A stretch of 64,000 nt of DNA from Mustelus asterias (taxonomy: Eukaryota): positions 44,826,001-44,890,000 of the forward strand of contig NC_135818.1 in the NCBI RefSeq assembly GCF_964213995.1. The letters are read 5' to 3'. Positions 13,157-25,380 of this stretch are shown here, piece by piece. Under the pieces are notes generated by a model that was not told where the DNA came from, searched no databases, and saw nothing but the letters and a program-made list of their open reading frames with translations. Position 1 is the stretch's first letter. Every line of letters starts with the position of its first letter. The position numbers and the translations under genes were made by a program.

Positions 13157-13757
13157 TGGCGAGCGTAATTAGGTTGATGGCCTGTGCTTTAATGCAGCCT
13201 ACATTCACGGCAGTTTGGAAAAGACACTGAGGAAAGAAATGATAATCAGGAAAGCTTCAATATTTCCCAAATAAACTCCAAATGACAATCCATTAAATTA
13301 CATGATATGTTAATCAATAAACCTCTTATACCCATTAAGATTTCTCGGATACAGTTTCTCAGCATCAATTGTCTGATGTAGGTCCTCCTTTAAGATTGGG
13401 AAGGGAGCTGAAAAGATAGTTACAGACAGTCCAGTTTCTGAAGCAAAGTAGTGAAGGTAAGTTTCCAGCACGCTCAGAAGTAGAATACAGAAGGACTGTT
13501 TGGAGTTATGTTGTTCAAGCGAAGCAACATAGTCCATTAATGTGGACAGTGTGACCTATTCATGATTTGACCTACTACATGAACAGTATTTGCATTGATT
13601 AGTGACTGTAGTAGAACAAAAAGCCCTAGCTAATGTTGCACTGAGAAACACTGGAACTGGGTAGAAAGTAATGAGTGGTTCATGTCTCGACCCAAATTCC
13701 AGTGACACTTATATTTGACATGCCACAGCTGAGATTCCATTATTTGGACAGAACTGA

Positions 13758-13893
13758 ATGGATGCGGTGTGGAGACATTATTATCCAGTTGCTGTGGCAA
13801 AGTGGCCAAAACCATTTCCATCTGCTCTGCACTGTGCAGTTTTCCCCCATTCAACAGGGGATAACCATACATTCGAAAGTAAATGCAGACAAG
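13758..13893 (+). CDS. Candidate alternative first coding exon (MDAVWRHYYPVAVAKWPKPFPSALHCAVFPHSTGDNHTFESKCRQ)
   Basis: ATG-initiated frame in TE-free sequence ending at a CAAG|GTATTT donor; protein not recognised. Confidence 0.25.
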
Positions 13894-14525
13894 GTATTTC
13901 CCTCCTGTTGTTTTGTGTGTGTGTTCTTCCTGTTTCTTCCCCACCCTCTGCGCTGAGTGAAAAAAGATGTTATGCGGTGCCTCCAGCCTATTGTACACTT
14001 TTGAATTGCTCTCTCAGTGGGGAGCAACAATTCTAAAAGGCAATTTGCTGGTTTTCAGTGGGAGCCTTTTGACTGGGCTGCAGCACTGTGCTTCTTCAGG
14101 CTGAATCATGAGTGTTGCTAAGGGAGCTGAATGTGTGCTTTCAACTTCTATCCAGGGAGAAACGGGGCGTCTAAGTGCTCATGGAAATGCCTCTCCAGTA
14201 GACTTGCATATTTACACAGATGAGAGTGCAACTCATTTGCCCTTTCTGACATACCACGTGGGAAACCCTGAAGCATCTCAGAGGATTGTATCAGGGGTTT
14301 GTTCATTAATGAGTTCCTTTTACAAACAGACCCTGAAAGGTGGAAATTTGTGAGCCCTGAAGCAGAGGAATCAGATAGAAATGGCAGTGTAGAAACAGGT
14401 TATTCAGACCAACTGTGTTAACGTTCCACAGCCATCAAGGACTAACCCTCCAAACCAGGAGTTCCTGTTGATCTGCAGATTCTGCCTATGCTTTATAGAT
14501 TACCATTCACTCACTTCTGACATCC

Positions 14526-15600
14526 TGGCCTGAATTTCCGTCACAACAGAGAGCTCCGCCATGGTGAAAATGGCGGATGAGCCCAGAAATCTTAAACACC
14601 CCATCCCCACTGAACACAATGCTTCCTATTTTCGAAGCAGCAGGATTAGATGGGCCGTGATTCATGCATGGATGGTTTATGGAAGCAGCTGGTGTTTAAA
14701 TCACTCGCTGCCTCCACTGAAGTGGGATTTTGGTAGGCCAGGAATGTGAATCTTAACATGCGTGGATTAGACCGGGTAAGAGCTGGTCGGAATTTGGTGG
14801 ATTTGTTTGTGTACCCCTTTGAAGAGGTAGGGTACCCCTTTGGTCCCAGAACACCATTGGGAGGGGCGGGGTTCCCTTTGGATAGTTAAGGCAGCCTTTG
14901 GGATTGTTAAAAGTGAACATGATTGCGTGTAAAAAGAGCATAAATTCATTGGAACTATCAAGGCTTCCAAAGAACTGTCAAACTATCAAAGAACTGTCAA
15001 GCCATCAACAAGCTGTTAAAGCTGTCAAAGAACTATCAACCTGTCAGAGAACTGTCAAGCCTCACTGGAACTGTCAAAGCTGGTTAGAACTGTCAAAGCT
15101 GTAAAGGAATTAAATTCTGCTTGGCTTTATTTAGGAAAAAACAGTTGTCAATTAAAATAAATCAGTGTTCAATATTTCATTCTGTCTGTTGATATAATCT
15201 TAAGCATTATCATTCTAGATTTTGTGCTGCATGACTGATTTTACAACCGAACATTACCACAGCGGGGTGCCTGTTAAATGAAAAGTTTGATTGACAATTT
15301 CAATGGTTATGGAACAGAAATGTTTGTTTTCAGAAGAAAGCAGCGGAAGGAATTTCAAAGCACTGAATGCCTGCAGGGGGCATGAGTTGGCACTAAGTTA
15401 GCATAGGAGATGAAAAGGGCTATGGGAGTGAGTGGGAGGTCATGGGTTGTCATAGGAGATTTGAGGGGTCATGGAGGTTGGGTAGAGGTGCATAGGATGG
15501 CATAGGGCTATGAAGGATCATGAGAGGTGGGTGGAGGAGAATCTGGTAGCATTGAGATCATGACAAAGCCATGGGCGTAGATTGGAGGTGACATGAGGAT
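14526..15600. mobile_element. Decayed non-autonomous DNA element with an internal CTGTCAA repeat array
   Basis: ggcctgaatttccg Harbinger-like terminus; tandem aactgtcaa variants at 14951-15105; degenerate ggcatagg repeats at 15375-15600. Confidence 0.45.
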
Positions 15601-16867
15601 TGTTAATCCATTAATTGAAGAAAAACCATTGTTTTAAACATAAAATAATGCTGAATTAATAAGTATTTTCCAGCTTGTTTCAAATGAAAGAAAAGTATCT
15701 AAAATATCAATACCATTATATGAGTTCATGAGCTGACCGCAATCTAAGAAAAGTTGACAGGGGAAGATGAGGTTGGAGGGGCAAGGGAAATGGAATTCTC
15801 TCACCTTGTGGTACTCCATGCTAACATTAATAAACATATGTAAGAAATAGAAATGAAAAGAAAATAAAGCAAAGGTCAGAATCAAGTGTGGGCTGAAACC
15901 TACCAATTATATGGTAATCCTATGATTTTGCATATCAACTCACAGCAGGTACAAGGCTCACCGGACATTAAAGAGAAATGAATGGCAAAAAAAAATCAGA
16001 GACAGAAGCTTAGGGAGAGGAAAGGATTCATTATCATCAGTTAATAACAGCTTCATCCTATACCTCAGTATTCTCAGCTCTGTATATTATTCGTAGAAGC
16101 CTCTTCAGAAAGAGCTCAGACTGAAATGTGAGTCTGAATCTTCTGAGCTTCTAATTATACCAAAAAATGAATAAAATGATGTACAGTGATGATTCTTTTG
16201 ACATATTTAACAGGTAGATGACCAGAAGTGAAGTGCAAACACTGGCTTTACTTCCTCAAATAGTTACTGGAGGAAATGTGATTAAAATTGATCAGTCTAT
16301 GGTGCATAAAAACATTGGCAGCAAGGTTCTGGATGTGACCATATCATTAGTTATTAACTTTATCTATTCTGCCCTTTATCTTATCAGAGGGCCTTTTAAA
16401 ACTGATAAAAGCATCGTTCTGTCTTTAATACATTATCGAGAAGTTTGTGAACTGTTTGAAAATAGTTGTAACTGTAACCACCTTTCAGGATTTAGCGAGC
16501 AGCACTAATGGAAAGAAAAATGCAGGCTGGATTAAATTTCAGATTCAAGGACTGGATTGTGTCCAAACAGCACAAATGATCAAATAAATCCTTGCAAAAA
16601 TACAAGTCATTTTCCTCCAGCAGCTAACCAAAGAGCACTGGTAATCTCTTTTTCTGTTGAAATTGGAAATGTTTTGAAGTCTTGTACCAAATAAAAACTT
16701 TGCTGTTAGTGATCTCTTTCAGCTTCCATAACAGACTAGATTAATCCCCAGCATTTTCTCCTGGCTGGAATATCAATACCTATCCATCCAATCAGCAACT
16801 CTCTCTGAATTTTCATTCAGAATGTTTAATCACTCACAAACAATGTTCGGCTGACCCGTGACTTTAT

Positions 16868-17117
16868 TTTGCACATTCTCCTCGTGTCTGCGTGGGTTTC
16901 CTCCGGGTGCTCCGGTTTCCTCCCACAGCCCAAAGATGTGCGGGTTAGGTTGATTGGCCAGGTTAAAAATTGCCCCTTAGAGTCCTGAGATGCGGAGGTT
17001 AGAGAGATTAGCAGGTAAATATGTGGGGGTAGGGCCTGGGTGGGATTGTGGTTGGTGCAGACTCGATGGGCCGAATGGCCTCCTTCTGCACTGTAGGGTT
17101 TCTATGATTCTATGATT
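16868..17117 (+). mobile_element. HE1-type V-SINE, 5'-truncated
   Basis: V-domain and tail, near consensus. Confidence 0.9.
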
Positions 17118-17329
17118 GGGGACGATTACTTTGAGATCATGGATTTGACTGATGATTAGCTCACAGGTGATGACATCTTGCCGGTTCCTGAAGCTGCCCC
17201 TCTGGACTACATTTTAACCCCCTGTTCTGTTGAAACTGGCATCATGGGGACCTCTGGATTTATCCAGAACTGAGAGTGAACACATTGATTGTAGTGCCCT
17301 GTAAATAGTAATAAACCCATGTCATTTGT

Positions 17330-18125
17330 TAGATAATCATTGCATTACATTTACTACAATATGCTTCCTGCTTTCCACCAGTCTCTACGCTGAATAGCAC
17401 ATGGCCCAGGTAATGATCCAGAAATTAAGTTCTGCTTCTTAATTTGGTGCCTAACTCTTCATATGGACTATGTACAACATCCTGCCTCATCTTGCCAATG
17501 TCGTTGGTACCTACATGGACCACAACCACTGGATTCTCCTCCTCCAACTATAAGTTCCTCTCCAGCTCTAAGCAAATGTCCTGAATTGTGGCATTGTGAA
17601 GCAACACAGCTATCTGGACTCTTGCTGTTTGCTGCAGTGAATAATATCAGTCCTCCCCACTATAGTATCTCCTCCTACCTTTGCATCCTTATGCAATCCC
17701 CCCCAGTTGAATGTCTTCCTATATCGCAGTGTCATGGTCAATCAGCTCATCTACTGTGTGGCCCCCAATCACATCCAAACAAGTTGAGAGTGCCTAAAAC
17801 ATGTTGAACAATTGCAGAGGCTGAAACTCCTGCACTCCTGCCCTCTGAATCGCTTTGCCTGCCGTACTCGCAGTCACTCCTGTCCATAACACTGACCAAA
17901 TCTAAAGACCCTATCCTGAGAGGTGTGACTCCCTCCTCGTACAAAGCATTCAGGTAACTCTCTCCCTCCATGATATGTCTGCAGCTTAGCCTCCAGCACA
18001 ATGATTCTAAGCTGAATTTCCTCAAGCCACAAATATTTACTGCAGATGTGTTTGCCCGAGATAACAATGTTATCCAGGAGCTCCCATATGTTGCAGTCTT
18101 GACACATCACCTGTCTTACCATCTT
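17330..18125 (-). mobile_element. CR1 LINE ORF1 remnant (Zn-finger/coiled-coil and SGNH esterase-like domain)
   Basis: VMCQDCNIWE..HICSK..LEEIQLRIIVLEAKL N-terminus and VGGDTIVGRTD (GDS-like) motif, with frameshifts. Confidence 0.7.
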
Positions 18126-18209
18126 GAAGTGTTTTCAACAATTACTCAATCAAATTATTTATCATGCTTTCTACAGATTTTATTATCTTCATCATCAATT
18201 TGTGTACTG

Positions 18210-18430
18210 TTTCACCCACTCTCCAACCCCTCCCTATTGCATCCCCTCTTTGCATCCCCCTCTGCTGCTCCCCTGTCTACTTCTCCCCCTCTGCCGTACA
18301 CCATACTTTTGCTGCTCTCCCTCTCTCTTGCTCCCCTTCCTGCCATTTCCCTCTCTGTCTCCCCCTTCTCTGCTGCTCCCCTCTCTGCCTGCTCCCCTTT
18401 TTGCTGTTCCTCTCTCCATCCATTGCCTAC
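18210..18430. repeat. CT-rich degenerate tandem tract
   Basis: Repeated ctgctcccc/ctctctg units. Confidence 0.6.
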
Positions 18431-18795
18431 AAATGTCTCTGCATTCAACATTTACTGTGCTATTGATGATCATCTTGCTCTGTGATTGAGGTCCAATCTC
18501 AGGCAGCCAGGGCGGGGAGGGGCGGGGGGGTGGGGTGGGATGGGTGTCACTCAACCTCAACACCAAAGTGCAGAAACTAACCTCTCACATAAATATTGTG
18601 AGCAAACCCTATCCCAAGGATAGGTAGAAACTCAGATGTGAGCACTGATTGTATTTACCTAACTTCTAAAGCACCCGAAGAATTGCCTTTGTGTGCTTGC
18701 CTTGGTCTTCATGGTGAGTTTTGGAAATCCTATGAATTTACAACTAACTAAATTCAAATGTAGTTTAAAATATTGCTGCAATTTAAGTTGGTAAC

Positions 18796-19069
18796 TGTGA
18801 TAACCGCCATGACCTGCATGGGGAATCACTGATTGACCTCACTGTGGGACTATCGAATACAAGCTCTCTGGGGATTGGTAATTAACTAACCAGGTGGGGC
18901 TCATATACCGAGCCCTGTATGAAGCAGGCCTCTGAGCGGGTCCATTATTCCCGTTGTCTTGGTTGGGGCCTGTTTGTGTTCACCACAGCCTTGTGGTTTT
19001 TGCTTTGCTTTACTTTATTTTGTACAATAAAGCACTGCTCCATTACAGCCGACTCTTGGAGTTATTACA
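18796..19069 (+). mobile_element. Solo LTR (274 bp)
   Basis: TGTGATAAC...GTTATTACA termini; 5-bp TSD GTAAC (18791-18795, 19070-19074); AATAAA at 19026. Confidence 0.85.
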
Positions 19070-20094
19070 GTAACCCACCTCTCGGAACGGTGTTCGGTGA
19101 AACTTGCTGATCATGTCCACTGGAGCACAATGGAGCTGGTATCAGCATTTGAAAGCAGAGTTGGTGATTTTAAACCACCCCTCTCCTCAATTTTCACCTA
19201 ATCCCATACACTGTAATGATCTTCCAATGATAAAAATCAATTATTTTTCACTATCGTGGCAAGACAATTAAGAAGTGCATAAATATGTTGAATTATGTGT
19301 TCTTAAAATTTTATTATGCACACACATAACTCCACCTGATTTTGCTGGGATTTTCCACCAGTGGAATCTTCCTGTCCCGTTGAAGTTGACGCCTTTAAAG
19401 AGGCGGAAAATTCCATCCTATCATCTCAAGCGACTGATCACAATCACTTCTCTGATATGAGAAAGAAAAAAATGTGTGCATTTTTCCTCTTTTGATTTTT
19501 TTCCCCTCTCCTGTGGAGGTGTTGGCTCATACTGCACATCCTTCAACAAGTAACTGGTGCTCAAATACTCACGCTGTTAATTATTTTGTTTCCATGGTAA
19601 CAAAAGACAAATTCTTAACATTCTTCTTTTGTGACAGCTTTTAGACAGTAGTACTCCTGTTATAGTGTGACTGGCACAATTTACAAGATAATATCACTCA
19701 TTAACATTAGAAATAGATACCTTTTGATTTTTTGAAGAAAATGATAAATTTGGTATGATGTCCCCATGTTGCCTTGGAGATCACTTCATTTGGGAACATT
19801 TGTAATCATTCACTCTGAGTCGATATGGATAAGGGTTCCTTGTTAGAAATCTCACACCTTACCTGCTGCATGGCACTTTGTGTACCGTTACTTACCTTTT
19901 CTCCACACATCATTCATACTGCTTTAAGTTAAGCATATTTATCAAACAATTTTATTCATAGTAATGGGAATTTCTAGGCCTAGAAATTACTTTCGCCCTG
20001 TTTTAGTTAACACAGGGCAGAAGTGGTTGGGGCAGCAAAGAGTCCTGCCTACTAGTTGGAGAACTGATGGGAACCCTTTGGCATCTTTCAACAG

Positions 20095-21190
20095 GGCGTC
20101 AAAGTCACAGGTTAAGAGAAGAGGAGAAATCAAACAGTGAAGATAAGGAAGTTGAAGTTCAATGACCAGAAATGATTCTTGATCAGATGGTTGGAAAAGA
20201 ACGAGAACAGGTGGAGGATGAAGTGGATGTTTTTAGTTCGGGAAAGTTGGCAGAGTTACAACAGAGAGATATAGAAATAAAAGAGTTGTACCAGAAAGCA
20301 TAGACGGAAGAGGAATCTGAGTTTATACCAGAATGTTATTACCTTAAAAATTATGTCTTAATGTGGAAATGGAAACCTTTACATATTCAGGCGGATGGAC
20401 AATGGGCAGAAGTTCATCAAGTGGTATTGCCGGTAGGATATAGAAAGGAGTTGTTGCAGGTAGCACATGAGGTACCAGTAGGAGATCATTTGGGCATAAG
20501 GAAAACTCAGGCTAAAGTACAAAAACATGTTTATTGGCCTGGACTGCAGAAAGATGTGGTTAAATTTTGCCGGTCATGTCATACATGTCAGGTAATAGGG
20601 AAACCTCCAGCAATGTTAAAACCAACATCCTTAATATGCATTCCAGCATTTGAAGAACCTTTTAGTAGGACCCCTCCTTGAAATGAAAAGTGGGAATCAA
20701 TATCTATTGACTATAATGGATATGTCTTCTATCACACAATAATACAGCTAAAAGGATTGTAGAGGAGTTACTTAATAATACAGCTAAAAGGATTGTAGAG
20801 GAGTTACTTAATTTTTTTACTAGATATGGACTACCCACCAAAATACAATCAGATCAAAGATCAAATTTTACAATAAATTTATTCAAGGAGGTTATCGATA
20901 GCTTAGGGATAAAACAATTTAAATGAACTGCGTACCATCCAGAATCCCAGGGAACGTTAGATCTGTGGCATCAAATTTTAAAAACAATGTTGGGAGCCTA
21001 TTGTCAAGATTATCCAGAGGATTGGGATAAAGGAATTCCATTTGTACTCTTTGCAATTAGGGATGCACCTAATGAATCAGCTAAATTCAGTCCATTTGAA
21101 TTGATTTTTGGTTATGAAGTAAAGGTACCACTTAAATTGATGAAGGAGAAATTGGTTAGTCAGCGTTCAGAGACTACATTGTTGGACTAT
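20095..21190 (+). pseudogene. Gypsy LTR-retrotransposon integrase remnant
   Basis: HHCC Zn domain (AHE..DHLG..CRSCHTCQ) and core motifs YLLTIMD, YGLP..IQSDQ, AYHPESQG; stops and frameshifts. Confidence 0.9.
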
Positions 21191-21271
21191 GGTCAAAGTT
21201 TAGGGAACTTTGTTCCAGTAAAGTTTATTTTACAAATATAGAGAAGGGCACCTCTGTTATAGCTTTAGTGG

Positions 21272-21550
21272 AGGTCTTGTGGCATTGTGGGTAGTATGCA
21301 AGCTGCCTAGTGGGCAGTGTCCTTGCTTCTGAGCCATCAGCTCAGGGTTCAAGTCCCACTCCAGGACCTGATGGTCAAGGGAGGTACATAGCCAAACAAA
21401 TTGATTATCAACTTGTAAATCCTTCAAACAAATGCCAACAGCAGGCAGGAGTGGGAGCGAGTCCTGGTCAGCTATATGATGGAAAGAAAGTGGAGCCTTT
21501 ACCGTCACCATTCCAAAACTCCAGGCTACAGCATGCATGTAATAGCACCT
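21272..21550 (+). mobile_element. Diverged tRNA-derived SINE (family C)
   Basis: A-box-like tggcattgtgg and B-box ggttcaagtcc followed by a non-tRNA body. Confidence 0.5.
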
Positions 21551-21569
21551 CAGCAGCTTAGACTCCTTG

Positions 21570-21760
21570 GGGGCTGGTTAGCTCAGTTGACTGGGCAGCC
21601 TGCGTGGATCAGTTTGGTGCCAATGGCAGAGAGTTTGATCTCTGTTCCTGTTGGGGTGAATTTGGAACCTGCCTCCTTGTCCTACCCATGGTCCAGATCA
21701 CACCACAACGGGTTGGACTTGCCTTTGAGCAGAGAATTGAAGGAGATAGTTTTAGTCTTA
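21570..21760 (+). mobile_element. Diverged tRNA-Ile-like SINE (family D)
   Basis: ggctggttagctcagttg head resembles the tRNA-Ile(AAT) 5' end; decayed B-box agtttgatct. Confidence 0.45.
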
Positions 21761-21949
21761 TGTTCTGTTAATTCAGAAAGGGCGTCATGCTGAGTGAAAG
21801 GGCATTGCTTCCAATTGCAATGTGTCAAAAGAACAAATTAGTTGCATAAACTGCCTCTAATTGTCTAATTGCCATTAAAATTAGATGATAATGTTAACAT
21901 TCTAGTGTCATGGTTAACATTTTTCCTTCAGCTAACAGCATCTTAAGAT

Positions 21950-22040
21950 CCAATTATCTGGTCATTCACCTCACCGTTCTTTGTGGAATCTCGGTGTGCA
22001 ATGGCTTTATTTACATGCACTACAGTAAACACTTTAGAAG
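21950..22040 (+). mobile_element. Deu-domain SINE remnant
   Basis: attatctggtcattcacctcaccgttctttgtggaatctcggtgtgc resembles the DeuSINE central domain. Confidence 0.5.
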
Positions 22041-22282
22041 GTCGCACTTTTTCTAATAAAGGTTACTTGTGAGACACAGCAAGATGGAAGATGAAAGGGA
22101 ACACAGACAAAAAACACCTCACCTTAATTTGTGTTATCTTTCAAACCACAAAAACACCCTGAATTTTGAAATGTATTATCAACTGTAACTTCCAAAAGTT
22201 GACAAATAAAATGTTTTGATTTTCTTATGATGTATATGCGACAGGCAGTTACATTTATACATACACATATGCCGGAGATTAG

Positions 22283-22528
22283 TGTGATATGTGTACAATG
22301 TATGTTGCGGTTTGGGGTGCATACTGCCCCTTTAAGAATGTGGATCAGGTGACCCCTGGGGAATAGTTCCTCCCCATGTGGGACTCGGTTGTGCAACCTT
22401 AGATCTGACTGTGGAATAGTGCACACCTACAATAAAGAGCTCCCCAGTGTTCAAGTTACCAAGTCTACCTTGTGGTTCTTTAGGCATCATAAGTCCATAG
22501 GTGCATAAATAGTAACTAGTACCTAACG
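22283..22528 (+). mobile_element. Possible decayed solo LTR
   Basis: TGTGAT start, cccctttaag element, AATAAA at 22431; no convincing TSD. Confidence 0.3.
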
Positions 22529-22602
22529 CCAAATTAAATACTTATATAGAAGGTCATAAACCAGTGTTGACAGACATGGGACCTATTGTTATCAGACCCC
22601 TA

Positions 22603-22945
22603 GGGGCGGCACGGTAGCACAGTGGTTAGCACTGCTGCTTCACAGCTCCAGGGACCTGAGTTCGATTCCCGGCTTGGGTCACTGTCTGTGTGGAGTTTGC
22701 ACATTCTCCTTGTGTCTGCGTGGGTTTCCTCCGGGTGCTCCGGTTTCCTCCCACAGTCCAAAGATGTGCGGGTTAGGTTGATTGGCCATGCTAAAATTGC
22801 CCCTTAGTGTCCTGAGATGTGTGAGTTAGAGGGATTAGTGAGTAAATATGTAGGGATGGGGGGTAAGGCCTGGGTGGGATTGTGGTCGGTGCAGACTCGA
22901 TGGGCCAAATGGCCTCTTTCTGCACTGGAGGGTATCTAATCTAAT
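22603..22945 (+). mobile_element. HE1-type V-SINE, full length
   Basis: gggcggcacggtagcacagtgg head; (atcta)n tail. Confidence 0.92.
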
Positions 22946-22974
22946 CCTGATGGACATTGGCAAACTACCAGTCA

Positions 22975-23700
22975 GCCAAATATCATGTTCGCTGCTGCTA
23001 ATGGGGTCTCCTCTATACAGGGAAGACTAAAAACAGACCAGGTGACTGCTTTGCGGAGCACCTTTGCTCAGTACACAAGCATGACCTCGACCTTCCTGCC
23101 ACTTGCCATTTTAACTCAGTATCTTGTTCTCATGCCCACGTGTCCATCCGTGGCCTGTTGCAGCGTTCCAGTGAAGCCCAATGCAAACTGGAGAAGCAGC
23201 ATCTCATTTTCCAATTAGACATGTTACAGTCCTCTGGACTCAACAATGAATTCAACAACTTTAGACTGTGACATTTCACCTCCATCTTAAACACTTTTTT
23301 AAAAAATCCCACACATTTATTTTCTCAATGCAATAACCCTCCCTTCCCCCCTCCCCACCTTCCCTCCCACACCAAATCATCCGTCTTTGTTCTTCAGGTT
23401 GCTACATTTTATTGCAATCACTCACCGCTACAGTTTAATAGCTAACACATTCTCCTCTTTAGCTCTGATGAATAGCTGAATGAACTCAAGGGGCGCGATC
23501 TTACCACCCGCTCATGCCATCCTCACACTGCAGCAAAGACAGAGATTTTGGTGACAAGCCAAATCTCCGTTCACTGCATGGAATGGGAAAATCCAGCTGG
23601 CATGAACAGTCGGAAAATTCTGGCCAAAATGTTAGCCTTTTTCTTCCCCTGCAGATGCTGCCGAGTTTTTCCAGCGATCTCTATCCTTGTTTCACATCTT
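22975..23700 (+). mobile_element. Penelope-like element 3' fragment (GIY-YIG end and terminal repeat with decayed hammerhead)
   Basis: Translation YHVRC..GLLYTGKTKNRPGDCFAEHL; ctgatga...(g)aaa core and cagatgctgcc..tccagc terminus. Confidence 0.75.
23490..23624. mobile_element. Harbinger-type MITE inserted in the PLE terminus
   Basis: ggggcgcgatcttacc / cggaaaattctggc termini, probable 3-bp TSD CAA; inverted relative at 63199-63335. Confidence 0.7.
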
Positions 23701-23947
23701 AACACTGGGGACAAACATGAAATGCACATTTTAGAGTTCTGTTCACCCTTAAGTCAGAGTGCCAGAGGATTTGGCACCTGGAGAAAATGGTGGAACCAAA
23801 TGAAGGAAGGGTTTCACGGCTGAGAGGAAAAACACACTATGCTTGTGGCAATCATTTTTACAATGTATGACAGACAGATGAAAAGAGATTCAAAAATTGT
23901 GAATGTGCCTACAGTGTTGTCAAGAAGATGGTTGCAAAAGGCCAAAG

Positions 23948-25380
23948 GGAATCTGAAACCAAAAGAGAAAATGCTGGAAAATCTCAGCAGGTCTGACAGC
24001 ACCTGTAAGGAGAGAAAAGAGCTGACGTTTTGAATCCAGATGACCCTTTGTTAAAGCTAAAAGGCATAGAAAGTAAAAGATATTTATACGACAGGGGGAG
24101 GGAATGAAAGATGAGTCATAGCCACAGAAACCAGGGGAAAAGATTGCTAATGGCTGTCCACAGAGAGAATAAAGGGTGTGAATGGCCAAACAGCAGAGAA
24201 GCTAAAATGAAGATGTTGGGGGAGGGGAGGGAATGGATGGGACAGAGGTAGAATTCAGAAAAGGGGAAGCAAAGGGGGAGAAAAGGTAAGGGAAGGGGGA
24301 TAAAGTAGGGGGAAAGAGTGGGGGGGAAGAAAAATGAAGAAAGTCAATAAAGAAATGAAAGGTCGAGAACAGTAAAAAATTAAATAAAATAGAATGAAAA
24401 CAAAGGGGTTGAGGTGGGATAAAGCAAATCATCTGAAGTTGCTGAATTCGATGTTGCGACCGGAAGGTTGTAAAGTGCCCAGCCAGAAGATGAGATGCTG
24501 TTCCTTCAGTTTGCGTTGAGATTCACTGGAACATTGCAGCAAGCCAAGGACAGACATGTGGGTATGGGAGCAGGATCGTGTGTTAAAATGGCAAGGTCAA
24601 GATCCTGACTGCGCACAGACCAAAGGTGCTCAGCAAAGTGATCGCCCAGTCTACGCTTGGTCTTTCCGATATAGAGGAGACCACATTGGGAGCAGTGAAT
24701 GCAATAGACCAAATTGAAAGAGGTGCAAGTGAAACACTGCTTAACCTGGAATGAATGTTTTGGACCTTGGATGGTGAGCCTGGAAGAGGTAAAGGGGCAG
24801 GTGTTATACCTTCTGCAATTGCATGGGAAGGTGCCAGGAGTGACGGGAGAGGTGTTGGGTATAGTGGAGGAGTGGACTAGGTTATCCCGGAGGGAATGGT
24901 GTCTGTGGAATGCTGACAGAGGGAGTGAAGGGAAGATGTGTTTGGTGGTGGCATCACACTGGAGTTGGTGAAAATGGCGGAGGATTATGTTTTGCATGCG
25001 GAGGCTGGTGGGGTGAAATGTGAGAACAAGGAGGACTCTATCCCTGTTCTGGGAAGGAGGGGAGGGGATGAGAGTCATGGTGCAGGAGATGGTCTGCACG
25101 CTGTTGAGAGCCCTGTCGACAACTTTAGATGGAATCCACGGTTGAAGAAAAAGGAACACATATTAGAAGCACCACTTTGGAAAGTGGCATCAGCGGAACA
25201 AATGAGAAGGAGGTGAAGGAGCTGAGAGAAAGGGATGGAGTCCTTACAGGGTGTAGGGTGTGAAGATCTGTAGTCCAGATAGCTGTGGGAGTCAGTGGGC
25301 TTGTAGTAGATATTGATAGATAGTCTATTGCTGGAAATGGAGACAGAAAGATCAAGGAAGGGAAGGGAAATGCCTGAGAT
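23948..25380 (-). mobile_element. Penelope-like element (Neptune-type), RT C-terminus, Zn-linker, GIY-YIG and terminal repeat
   Basis: ORF 24506-25159: LVLTFHP, PCNCRRYNTC linker, FTCTSFNLVYCIHCSQCGLLYIGKTKRRLGDHFAEHL. Confidence 0.9.

Noticed and set aside
17970-18566. Overlapping 100-171 aa ORFs
   Set aside because: Arise from a CT-rich low-complexity tract next to a CR1 ORF1 remnant
21570-21645. Functional tRNA-Ile gene
   Set aside because: Only the 5' 18 nt fit; the anticodon and T arms are degenerate
22622-22807. Recurrent MVSTAASQL...GSLSVWSLHIL ORFs
   Set aside because: Translations of the HE1 SINE consensus, not a gene family
24010-24060. Active hammerhead in the large Penelope copy
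   Set aside because: Both core boxes are mutated (ttaacaa, caaaac); counted only as a decayed motif
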